From contig CAWFCQ010000008.1 in NCBI GenBank assembly GCA_963814375.1, positions 480,001 through 544,000 on the forward strand: a stretch of 64,000 nucleotides of DNA, written 5' to 3'. Numbering within the stretch: the first letter of the stretch is position 1; the number at the start of each line of letters is the position of its first letter. The notes beneath the pieces were generated by a model. It was not told where the DNA came from and ran no database searches. It saw nothing but the letters and a program-made list of their open reading frames with translations. The translations under genes and the position numbers were made by a program. This DNA comes from an uncultured Chloroflexia bacterium. Lineage in GTDB: Bacteria; Chloroflexota; Limnocylindria; QHBO01. Positions 56,455 to 64,000 of this stretch are shown here, in pieces.

Positions 56455-57591
56455 GTGTACGACATCGTCGGCAAGCGCAACCTGTGGTTCGCGATCAGCG
56501 CCATCCTCACGATCCCCGGCCTGATCTTCATCTTCCTCGGCGGGCTCAGGCCGTCGATCGACTTCACCGGCGGCACCGAGTGGGAGGTCCGCTACGAGAG
56601 CGAGCCATCGGCCGCCGAGGTCGAAGATGCGCTTGCCGAGCTCGGGTACGAGGACGCGGTCGTCACCGCGCTGCCCGATGGGTACCTTCGGATCCGAACC
56701 GAGCCGATCGACCTCGTTCCGCCTCCCACCGAGGAGCCGGCGCCGTCCGGATCGGTCGAGCCGAGCGCCAGCGCCAGCGCCGAAGCCTCGCCGAGCGATG
56801 CTCCCTCGAGCAGCCCGGAAGCGTCCGGCAGCCCTGACGCGTCGGGCAGTCCGGCACCAAGCGCCAGCCCGGACCCGACCGGAAGCGCGTCAGCGTCGCC
56901 ATCGGGATCGGCCGCTGCGTCGCCGTCCTCCTCGCCCGAGCCGTCTCCGCCCGCCGTCATCGCCGGCACGGAGTTCGCCGACGTGCAGGCGTCGCTCGAG
57001 GAGCAGTTCGGGGAGGGTGAGCCGCGCAGCGTGCGGACCGTGGGGCCGATCATCGGCTCCGACCTCATCCGCAGCTCGGCGATCCTCATCATCATCGGCG
57101 AGCTCTTCATCCTCGCCTACCTGTGGATCCGCTTCGGCTTCCGATTCGGCACCGCCGCGATCATCGCGCTGCTGCACGACGTCATCCTCGTGGTCGGCAC
57201 CTTCGCGATCCTGGGCTACTTCTTCTTCATGGAGTTCGACGCGCTGTTCGTGACCGCGCTGCTGACGATCATCGGCTTCAGCGTCCACGACACGATCGTG
57301 GTCTTCGACCGAATCCGCGAGAACCGGGTGCGCCACGCGGGCGAGACGTTCGGCGCCATCGTGAACCACTCCATCCTCCAGACGATGGGCCGCTCGATCA
57401 TCACCTCGCTCACCGTGGTCGTCACCCTCGGCGCGCTGCTCCTGCTCGGCCCGCCGACGATCCGGACGTTCACCCTGGCGCTGCTTCTCGGCGTCGTCTC
57501 GGGGACGTACTCGTCGATCTTCAACGCCAGCCAGATCCTGGTGGCATGGAACGACTGGGACGCGAGGCGCAAGCTTCGAGCCACGCGATAA
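56455..57591 (+). CDS. secF: Protein translocase subunit SecF
   Basis: IDFTGGT, ALLHDV, GFSVHDTIVVFDRIREN, GTYSSIF. Confidence 0.95.
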   Translation: MYDIVGKRNLWFAISAILTIPGLIFIFLGGLRPSIDFTGGTEWEVRYESEPSAAEVEDALAELGYEDAVVTALPDGYLRIRTEPIDLVPPPTEEPAPSGSVEPSASASAEASPSDAPSSSPEASGSPDASGSPAPSASPDPTGSASASPSGSAAASPSSSPEPSPPAVIAGTEFADVQASLEEQFGEGEPRSVRTVGPIIGSDLIRSSAILIIIGELFILAYLWIRFGFRFGTAAIIALLHDVILVVGTFAILGYFFFMEFDALFVTALLTIIGFSVHDTIVVFDRIRENRVRHAGETFGAIVNHSILQTMGRSIITSLTVVVTLGALLLLGPPTIRTFTLALLLGVVSGTYSSIFNASQILVAWNDWDARRKLRATR

Positions 57592-57636
57592 CGGTTCGGT
57601 AAGCGGCGGGTGACCCGCCGCGGCTACGATGGCGGG

Positions 57637-59385
57637 GTGATCGTCCCGAGCCTGGAGTGGGTGCTCCCGGAGCCCGTGCCGGAGCCGCCCGTCTTCGCCG
57701 GGTTTGCGCCGCCGGTGGCGACGCTTCTCGCCCGCCGAGGCTTCACCGGCGACGACGACCTCCAGCGCTTCCTCCAGGCCGGCGCTGGCGCGCTCCACGA
57801 TCTGTCGCGCATGGCCGATGCGGGCCGCGCGCTGGACCGGATCGACGCGGCGATCGCGACGGGAGAGCGCATTGCGATCTGGGGCGACTACGACGCCGAT
57901 GGGATGACCGCGATCGTCGTCTGGATCATGGCGCTTCGGCGCCTGGGCGCCGATCCGGTGCGCTACGTTCCGTCAAGGCTGGCCGAGGGTTACGGTCTGT
58001 CGGCGGTCGGGCTCGAGCGGCTCGCCGGCGACGGCATCGGCCTCGTCATCACCGTCGATTGCGGTGTCAGCAACGCCGCCGAAGTGGAGGCGGCGCGCGC
58101 GCTTCGGCTCGACGTCGTCATCACCGATCACCATCTGCCGCCGGCGGTGCTTCCGCGAGCCGCTGCCGTGGTCGATCCCCATCGACCCGACTGCGAGTAT
58201 CCCGACCCCGACCTGACCGGCGCCGGCCTCTCGTACAAGCTCGCCGCGGCGCTCCTCGCGCGCCACGGGCTTTCGGAGGAGGGCCTGGCCGCGGTGGCCG
58301 CGATCGGCACGGTCGCCGACCTCGCGCCGATGACGGGCGAGAGCCGGGCAATCGTGCGGCTGGGCCTGGCAGAGCTCGGGCGGACGACCCATGCCGGGCT
58401 CCGCGCCCTCCTGGCGCGCGGCTGCGAGGCGCCGGAGCAGCCGACGGCTCGCGACCTGGCGTTCGGTGTCGTTCCGCGCATCAATGCGGCCGGCCGGATC
58501 GCCGACACCGAGCTCGCGATCGAGCTCCTCCTCGAGTCCGATCCGTCGCGCGCCGCGGAGCTCGCTGCTGAGCTGGAAGAGGTCCACGAGCGGCGCCGCG
58601 AGATGACGAAGGTGGCCGTGGAGACCGCGCGCCCCATGGCCGACGCGGTACCCGGCACCAGCGGCCTCGTCCTGCGCAACGATGAATGGTCGCCCGGCCT
58701 GGTCGGGCTCATCGCCGGGCGGTTGGCCGACTCGCTGGCCCGCCCGGTTGCGATCGCGACGCTCGTGGGCGAGGAGGTGCGAGGATCGGTCCGAGCCCCT
58801 TCCGACTTCCATGTCGCCGCGGCCCTGGAGGCCTGCGCCGAGCATCTCGCCAAGCGGGGCGGGCACGCTGCGGCCGGCGGCTTCAGCGTCGTCCCTGAGC
58901 GATGGCCCGCGTTCATGGCCGCTTTCGCCGCCCTTCCGCGTCCGTTCCCGCATGACGTCGCGCCGGAGATCGAGCGTCCCGGCCGCCAGGTGGTGGATCT
59001 GGTGCTGACGGCACGCCGGCTCGACTGGTCGTTGGCCGACGAGCTGGCACGGCTGGCACCGTACGGGCCTGGCCATCTCGAGCCGGTCCTCGCAGTGACC
59101 GGCATGACGGTGACCGACGCCCGCCGCGTCGGCCAGCGCGAGCAGCACGTGGCGATGAAGATGCGTCGAGGGCTGGAGACCTTCGACGCCATCGCCTTCG
59201 GCATCGACGCCGACCGCGCGCTCCCGGAGCCCGGCGATGCAGTCGACCTGGTCGGTACGCTCGAGCGCGACGAGTTCGGCGGCATGCCGCGGCTGCGGAT
59301 GCGGGTCGTCGACTTTGCGCACACCGACGCCAGCCCGCTCCTCGCACGTCGCCTTCCGATGCCGGTGCTGGCGCGCGCCGGATGA
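57637..59385 (+). CDS. recJ: Single-stranded DNA exonuclease RecJ
   Basis: GDYDADG, TVDCG, TDHH, GTVAD, RINAAGR, GGHAAAGG. TACGAT-N6-GTG start. Confidence 0.93.
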   Translation: MIVPSLEWVLPEPVPEPPVFAGFAPPVATLLARRGFTGDDDLQRFLQAGAGALHDLSRMADAGRALDRIDAAIATGERIAIWGDYDADGMTAIVVWIMALRRLGADPVRYVPSRLAEGYGLSAVGLERLAGDGIGLVITVDCGVSNAAEVEAARALRLDVVITDHHLPPAVLPRAAAVVDPHRPDCEYPDPDLTGAGLSYKLAAALLARHGLSEEGLAAVAAIGTVADLAPMTGESRAIVRLGLAELGRTTHAGLRALLARGCEAPEQPTARDLAFGVVPRINAAGRIADTELAIELLLESDPSRAAELAAELEEVHERRREMTKVAVETARPMADAVPGTSGLVLRNDEWSPGLVGLIAGRLADSLARPVAIATLVGEEVRGSVRAPSDFHVAAALEACAEHLAKRGGHAAAGGFSVVPERWPAFMAAFAALPRPFPHDVAPEIERPGRQVVDLVLTARRLDWSLADELARLAPYGPGHLEPVLAVTGMTVTDARRVGQREQHVAMKMRRGLETFDAIAFGIDADRALPEPGDAVDLVGTLERDEFGGMPRLRMRVVDFAHTDASPLLARRLPMPVLARAG

Positions 59386-60239
59386 TCGGCTCCACCCTCG
59401 CGCGGCTGAGGGCGCGACGGACGGCCGTCGGGACGCGGCTTTGCCTGGGCATCGATCCGCATCCCGACCAGCTCCCCGCCGGCCTCACCAGTGATGCGCG
59501 GGGCATCGAGCACTTCGCGCGCGGCCTGATCGAGGCCGCCGCCCCCGAGGCGTGCGCGGTGAAGATCAACGTCGCCTTCTTCGAAGCGTTCGGCGCCGAC
59601 GGTTGGGCCGCCCTCGAACGCGTCCGGCGCGACGTGCCCTCTGAGATCGTATGCATCCTCGACGCGAAGCGCGGCGATATCGGCTCGACCGCCGAGCGCT
59701 ACGCGGAATCGCTGTTCGGCCGGCTCGAGGCCGACGCGGTCACGCTCTCGCCTTACCTCGGCGAGGATGCCGTCGATCCGTTCCTCGCCGATGTCGACCG
59801 GATGGTCTATCTGCTCGCGCGGACGAGCAATCCGTCGGCCGGCACGATTCAGGGACTCGTGGCGGACGGCTCGCCGGTGCACCTCCACGTGGCGCGCTGG
59901 GCTGCCGATCGATGGCCGGATGGCCGGGTCGGCCTCGTCGTGGGGGCGACTGCACCCGCCGAGCTGGCATCGGTCAGGGCTGCGGTGCCGGGGCCGGGCT
60001 TCCTGGTTCCGGGGGTGGGCACCCAGGGCGGCGATCTCGAGGCGGCCATGCGCAGCGCGGACGGGAGCTGGGCGCCGGGCCTGATATCGGTCTCGCGCTC
60101 CATCGCCGGCGCCTCGCGAGGGCCCGATTGGCGCCAAGCGGCCGCCGCGGCCGCCAGAGCCATGGCGGATCGGATGCGGGACACGGTGCTACACTCGGAA
60201 GCCAGTTCCGCTGCTGCGGCCAATCACGGAGGTTCGTGA
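59382..60239 (+). CDS. pyrF: Orotidine-5'-phosphate decarboxylase (type 2)
   Basis: [35 protein letters not shown]. Confidence 0.93.
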   Translation: MIGSTLARLRARRTAVGTRLCLGIDPHPDQLPAGLTSDARGIEHFARGLIEAAAPEACAVKINVAFFEAFGADGWAALERVRRDVPSEIVCILDAKRGDIGSTAERYAESLFGRLEADAVTLSPYLGEDAVDPFLADVDRMVYLLARTSNPSAGTIQGLVADGSPVHLHVARWAADRWPDGRVGLVVGATAPAELASVRAAVPGPGFLVPGVGTQGGDLEAAMRSADGSWAPGLISVSRSIAGASRGPDWRQAAAAAARAMADRMRDTVLHSEASSAAAANHGGS

Positions 60240-60246
60240 AAGTCAG

Positions 60247-60465
60247 ATGCCGGTTCCCGGACCGATGGAGCTCATCCTGCTGCTGGTGATCGTGCTGATC
60301 ATCTTCGGCCCCGGCAAGCTGCCCGATATCGGCAACGCGGTCGGGAAGGGGATCCGCGAGTTCCGCAAGGCATCCAGCGAGCTCGAGGACTCGGTTCGAG
60401 GCGAACCGAAGCGTCCGACCGCAGACGAGACCCCGACGGGCGACGGCTCGGACCGCTCCCACTGA
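60247..60465 (+). CDS. tatA: Twin-arginine translocase TatA
   Basis: [22 protein letters not shown]...GKGIREFRK. Confidence 0.95.
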   Translation: MPVPGPMELILLLVIVLIIFGPGKLPDIGNAVGKGIREFRKASSELEDSVRGEPKRPTADETPTGDGSDRSH

Positions 60466-60512
60466 TCCGCGTTCGCCCAGCGTCGTCCGCCGCGTGACGT
60501 GACGTCCCGCCG

Positions 60513-61223
60513 ATGACGGACGACGCCACGATGAGCCTCGTGGAGCACCTCGAGGAGCTCCGCAGCCGGATCATCGTCATCGCCGTCGCGGTCGCCGTGA
60601 CCGGCACCCTCGGCTTCTTCCTCGCCGATCCCATCCTCGTGCTGCTGCGCGCTCCGCTGCCGGATGGGCAGGACAACCTCATCCAGCTGACGATCGGCGA
60701 GTCGCTGGCGGTCCGGCTGCGGATCGGCCTGTACGTCGGCATCGCGCTCTCGGTGCCGGTGATCCTCTATCAGCTGTGGCGCTTCGTGACTCCGGGCCTC
60801 ACAAAGCGCGAGCGGCGCCTCATCTGGCCGATGCTCATCCTCGCCATCGTCCTCTTCGCGTTCGGGGTCGTCATGGGATACCTGATCATCCCGTACGCGC
60901 TCGACTTCCTCCTGGGCCTGACGCTGCCGGGCGTCGACTCGAGCACGCTGAGGCTCTCCGACTACGTCAGCTTCGTGATGACGATCATGCTGGCCTTCGG
61001 CCTCGCCTTCCAGTTCCCCGTGCTCCTCCTGCTGCTTGCCCGCGCCGGAATCCTCAACTACCGATTCCTCTCGGCCCGGCGCCGTTGGGCGGTCCTGGTG
61101 ATCGTGCTCTTCGCCATCATTGCGACCCCGGGCGGCGACCCGGTGAGCTCCGCGGTCCTCTCACTGGTCATGTACGCGCTGTTCGAGGGAACGCTCCAGG
61201 TGATGCGGACGATTCGTCCGTGA
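60513..61223 (+). CDS. tatC: Twin-arginine translocase TatC
   Basis: MSLVEHLEELRSR, YQLWRFVTPGL, FGLAFQFP, TPGGDP. Confidence 0.95.
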   Translation: MTDDATMSLVEHLEELRSRIIVIAVAVAVTGTLGFFLADPILVLLRAPLPDGQDNLIQLTIGESLAVRLRIGLYVGIALSVPVILYQLWRFVTPGLTKRERRLIWPMLILAIVLFAFGVVMGYLIIPYALDFLLGLTLPGVDSSTLRLSDYVSFVMTIMLAFGLAFQFPVLLLLLARAGILNYRFLSARRRWAVLVIVLFAIIATPGGDPVSSAVLSLVMYALFEGTLQVMRTIRP

Positions 61224-62173
61224 CCGTGCTCCTGCTGACCGATGCGGCAATGGACACCCACCAGGCCGCCGGCCACCCGGAGCGACCAGAGCGCCGAGAT
61301 GCCGCCGCCGCCGGGGTGCGGGATGCCGCGGGCGACCTGCTCGCCGAGTACGACCCGTCACCGGCAACCGACGACGAGGTGCTGGCAGTCCACGACGCCG
61401 AGTACCTGCGGCTGCTGCGCGATGCCGACGGGCGCGGGGGCGGATGGCTCGACGCCGACACCTACCTCGTGCCCGGGTCGATGCGGGCCGCTGAGCTTGC
61501 CGCCGGCGCGACGATCCAGGCGGCGCGGGCCGCCGAATCCGGTGCGGCCGAGGTGGCCTTCGCGGTCGTGCGCCCGCCCGGCCACCATGCCACGAGGGAC
61601 CGCGGGAGTGGGTTCTGCCTCCTCAACAGCGTCGCGATCGCGGCCGCCGCCCTGCGCGCGGGCGGCGTGCAACGGGTCGCGATCGTCGACTGGGACGTGC
61701 ACCACGGTGACGGCACGCAGTCCATCTTCGACGCCGATCCGGACCTCTGGTACGGGTCGACCCACCAGGCTCCGTTCTACCCGGGGACCGGGGCCCCCGG
61801 GGAGCGCGGTCGTGGCGCGGCGGTGGGAACCAAGCTCAATCGACCGCTGGCGGCAGGGGAGGGGGATGACGCCTTCGTCGAGACATGGCGGGATGACCTG
61901 CTCCCCGCGCTCGAGGGCTTCGCGCCGGGCGCGATTCTCGTGTCCGCCGGCTTCGACGCGCATCGTGACGATCCGCTCGCGGGGCTCGAGGTGACCGAGG
62001 CCGGCTACGAGGCGGTGGCGAAGGCGCTGGGTGGGGTTGCCGCTCGGCTGGGAGTGCCCGGCATCGCCCTGACGCTGGAGGGTGGCTACGCGCTCGACGC
62101 CCTCCGCACCTCCGTCGCCGCCACGGTTCGAGGGCTCCGCTCCGGCCGAGCCGACGCCGTGGATCCCCGGTAG
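61220..62173 (+). CDS. Histone deacetylase-family (AcuC/AphA-like) Zn deacetylase
   Basis: HPERPER, RPPGHHA, GFCLLN, DWDVHHGDGTQ, SAGFDAH, LEGGY. Confidence 0.92.
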   Translation: MTVLLLTDAAMDTHQAAGHPERPERRDAAAAGVRDAAGDLLAEYDPSPATDDEVLAVHDAEYLRLLRDADGRGGGWLDADTYLVPGSMRAAELAAGATIQAARAAESGAAEVAFAVVRPPGHHATRDRGSGFCLLNSVAIAAAALRAGGVQRVAIVDWDVHHGDGTQSIFDADPDLWYGSTHQAPFYPGTGAPGERGRGAAVGTKLNRPLAAGEGDDAFVETWRDDLLPALEGFAPGAILVSAGFDAHRDDPLAGLEVTEAGYEAVAKALGGVAARLGVPGIALTLEGGYALDALRTSVAATVRGLRSGRADAVDPR

Positions 62174-62213
62174 GGCGAGGCTATACTCCGATCGCCTTCA
62201 GCAAGGAGGAAGC

Positions 62214-63161
62214 GTGGCGCGCCCGCAACCGATCGAAACACGACCCGCGGAGCCGGCAGATAGCGCTGCCGGCGACGTGGCGGCGCGCCAGGACCATGCC
62301 GACCACCTGCTGGTGATCAGCGGCCTCTCCGGCGCGGGCAAGAGCCAGGCCAGCAAGCTCTTCGAGGATCTCGGCTACTCCGTCGTGGACAACCTCCCTG
62401 CCGCGCTGCTGGACGACTTCCTCGCGCTGCGTCGAGAGCAACCGGAACGATTTCGGCGGGCCGCCCTGGTGCTCGACATCCGGGCGGGGGATCCGGCTCC
62501 GGCCATCGGTCGCGCAGCCGCATCGGTCGAGGCCGAGGGCGGCAAGTTCGAGCTCGTCTACCTCGAGGCCAGCGATGCCACGCTCGTCAGCCGCTTCAGC
62601 GAGACGCGCCACCGCCACCCGCTCCAGGCCACGCGCATTGGCGTCCAGGCCAGCATCGCCGAGGAGCGGCGCAGGCTGTCACGCACGCGAGAGCTCGCGG
62701 ATCACGTGGTCGACACGAGCGGTCTCTCCATCGGACAGCTCAAGGATCGGCTGTTCGCGATCGTGCCGCGAGACACGGCCGAGGACGCGCTGCGGATCGA
62801 CATCGTGACCTTCGGCTTCAAATACGGGATCCCGCTCGAGGCCGATCTCGTCCTCGACGTGCGTTTCCTGACGAACCCCTACTGGAACCCCGATCTCAAG
62901 CCCCTCTCCGGCCTCGAGTCGAAGGTCCGCGACTTCGTGCTGTCGCAGCCGACCGCGAACCGGTTCCTGGAGCTCGTGACCGAGCTGCTGCGCCTCACCG
63001 TGCCGGCCTATCGGGCTGAGGGGAAGGAATATCTCCGCCTGGCGCTGGGCTGCACAGGTGGCTACCACCGCTCGATCGCGCTGGCGGAGGAGCTGGCCCG
63101 TCGTCTCGCCGATCTGCCCGACGCATCGGTCACCGTCTTTCATCGGGAGCTCGAGCGATGA
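62214..63161 (+). CDS. rapZ: RNase adapter RapZ/YvcJ family P-loop protein
   Basis: SGLSGAGKS, VDNLP, ETRHRHPL, FGFKYG, GCTGGYHRS. AAGGAGG SD. Confidence 0.93.
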   Translation: MARPQPIETRPAEPADSAAGDVAARQDHADHLLVISGLSGAGKSQASKLFEDLGYSVVDNLPAALLDDFLALRREQPERFRRAALVLDIRAGDPAPAIGRAAASVEAEGGKFELVYLEASDATLVSRFSETRHRHPLQATRIGVQASIAEERRRLSRTRELADHVVDTSGLSIGQLKDRLFAIVPRDTAEDALRIDIVTFGFKYGIPLEADLVLDVRFLTNPYWNPDLKPLSGLESKVRDFVLSQPTANRFLELVTELLRLTVPAYRAEGKEYLRLALGCTGGYHRSIALAEELARRLADLPDASVTVFHRELER

Positions 63162-64000
63162 GGCGATCCGGGATGCCCCGGTGGATGTATCCCGGGATGC
63201 ACCTCAAGCGCTGGCTGGGGCTGCTGCTGGTGGGCATCGTCATCATCGGCCTCGGCGCGGCGATCTTCATCCGCGACCTCTACCGCGCGACGGATGCCGA
63301 CACGATCCCGTTCCTGTACTGGGCCACCGGCGCGTGGCTCGAGCCGGAGGTGCGCGCCTTCGTCGTCGCACTCCTCGGGATCGTCCTCACCGTGCTCGGG
63401 ATGTGGGGCCTGATGCGGTCGATCGTGTCGCCCTTCGTCGGCCGCGGCGACAGCGTCATGGAGGTCCTCTACACGAAGCGCTACCTCGCCCGCGGCCCGC
63501 GGATCGTTGCGATCGGCGGCGGGACGGGACTGTCGACCCTGCTCCGCGGGCTCAAGGGCTACTCCGCCAACATCACCGCCGTGGTGGCCGTGGCCGACGA
63601 CGGCGGGAGCAGCGGGCAGCTCCGACAGCAGCTCGGGATCGTGCCGCCTGGCGACATCCGCAACTGCATCGCCGCCCTCGCCGACGCCGAGCCGCTGATG
63701 ACGCAGCTCATGCAGTACCGGTTCCCGGCGGGTTCCGGCCTCGACAACCACGCGTTCGGCAACCTCTTCATCGCCGCCATGACGGCGGTCACCGGTGACT
63801 TCGAGGAGGCGGTGCGCGAGTCCAATCGCGTCCTGGCGGTGCGGGGCCAGGTGCTGCCCGCCACGAGCGTGCCGCTCAATCTCTCCGCGCAGCTGGTCTC
63901 GGGGCGGACGCTTCACGGCCAGGTCGGGATCGCGCGCGCCAAGGAGCCGATCGAGCGTGTCTTCATCGAGCCGGCCGACGTGCGGGCCAACGGCGAGGCG
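63158..64000 (+). CDS. yvcK: YvcK/GlmR (CofD-related) protein, truncated by the window end
   Basis: Read by hand from ATG 63158: WMYPGMHLKRWL, TM segments, IGGGTGLSTLLRGLK, ADDGGSSG, PPGDIRNC, HAFGNL. Confidence 0.9.
   Translation, partial: MRRSGMPRWMYPGMHLKRWLGLLLVGIVIIGLGAAIFIRDLYRATDADTIPFLYWATGAWLEPEVRAFVVALLGIVLTVLGMWGLMRSIVSPFVGRGDSVMEVLYTKRYLARGPRIVAIGGGTGLSTLLRGLKGYSANITAVVAVADDGGSSGQLRQQLGIVPPGDIRNCIAALADAEPLMTQLMQYRFPAGSGLDNHAFGNLFIAAMTAVTGDFEEAVRESNRVLAVRGQVLPATSVPLNLSAQLVSGRTLHGQVGIARAKEPIERVFIEPADVRANGEA

Overview
This is a high-GC bacterial chromosome segment. Gene content (monoderm-type SecD/SecF, LCP, type-2 PyrF, YvcK with an N-terminal membrane segment) and widespread leaderless promoters suggest Chloroflexota, possibly Limnocylindria-like; this is inference. 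The backbone is a long replication/repair neighbourhood: alkD, dnaE, polA-mutM-coaE, uvrB, a UDG-family gene, uvrA, a short UvrD-like helicase, a Nudix hydrolase, uvrC, secD-secF-recJ-pyrF, tatA-tatC, an HDAC-family gene and rapZ-yvcK. Accessory blocks interrupt it. (i) A polar amino-acid ABC importer is divergent from a Rieske oxygenase and a carbon-nitrogen hydrolase. (ii) A ~12 kb potassium block next to tRNA-Leu(CAA) has a split KdpD, KdpE, a stand-alone receiver, two 29-aa membrane peptides, kdpABC and a KimA-like permease. (iii) An ECF sigma/anti-sigma pair. (iv) An orphan TadE-TadG-CpaB module. (v) An ABC-2 exporter and a LacI/GH1 beta-glucosidase unit, flanked by two small unknown ORFs and an unusual triple-palindrome element (43375-43520). 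Many genes, including polA, carry apparent single-base frameshifts, most likely long-read assembly errors; they are densest in the kdp block. I saw no CRISPR array, integrase, transposase or prophage. All protein family calls come from motif recognition by eye, not database searches.
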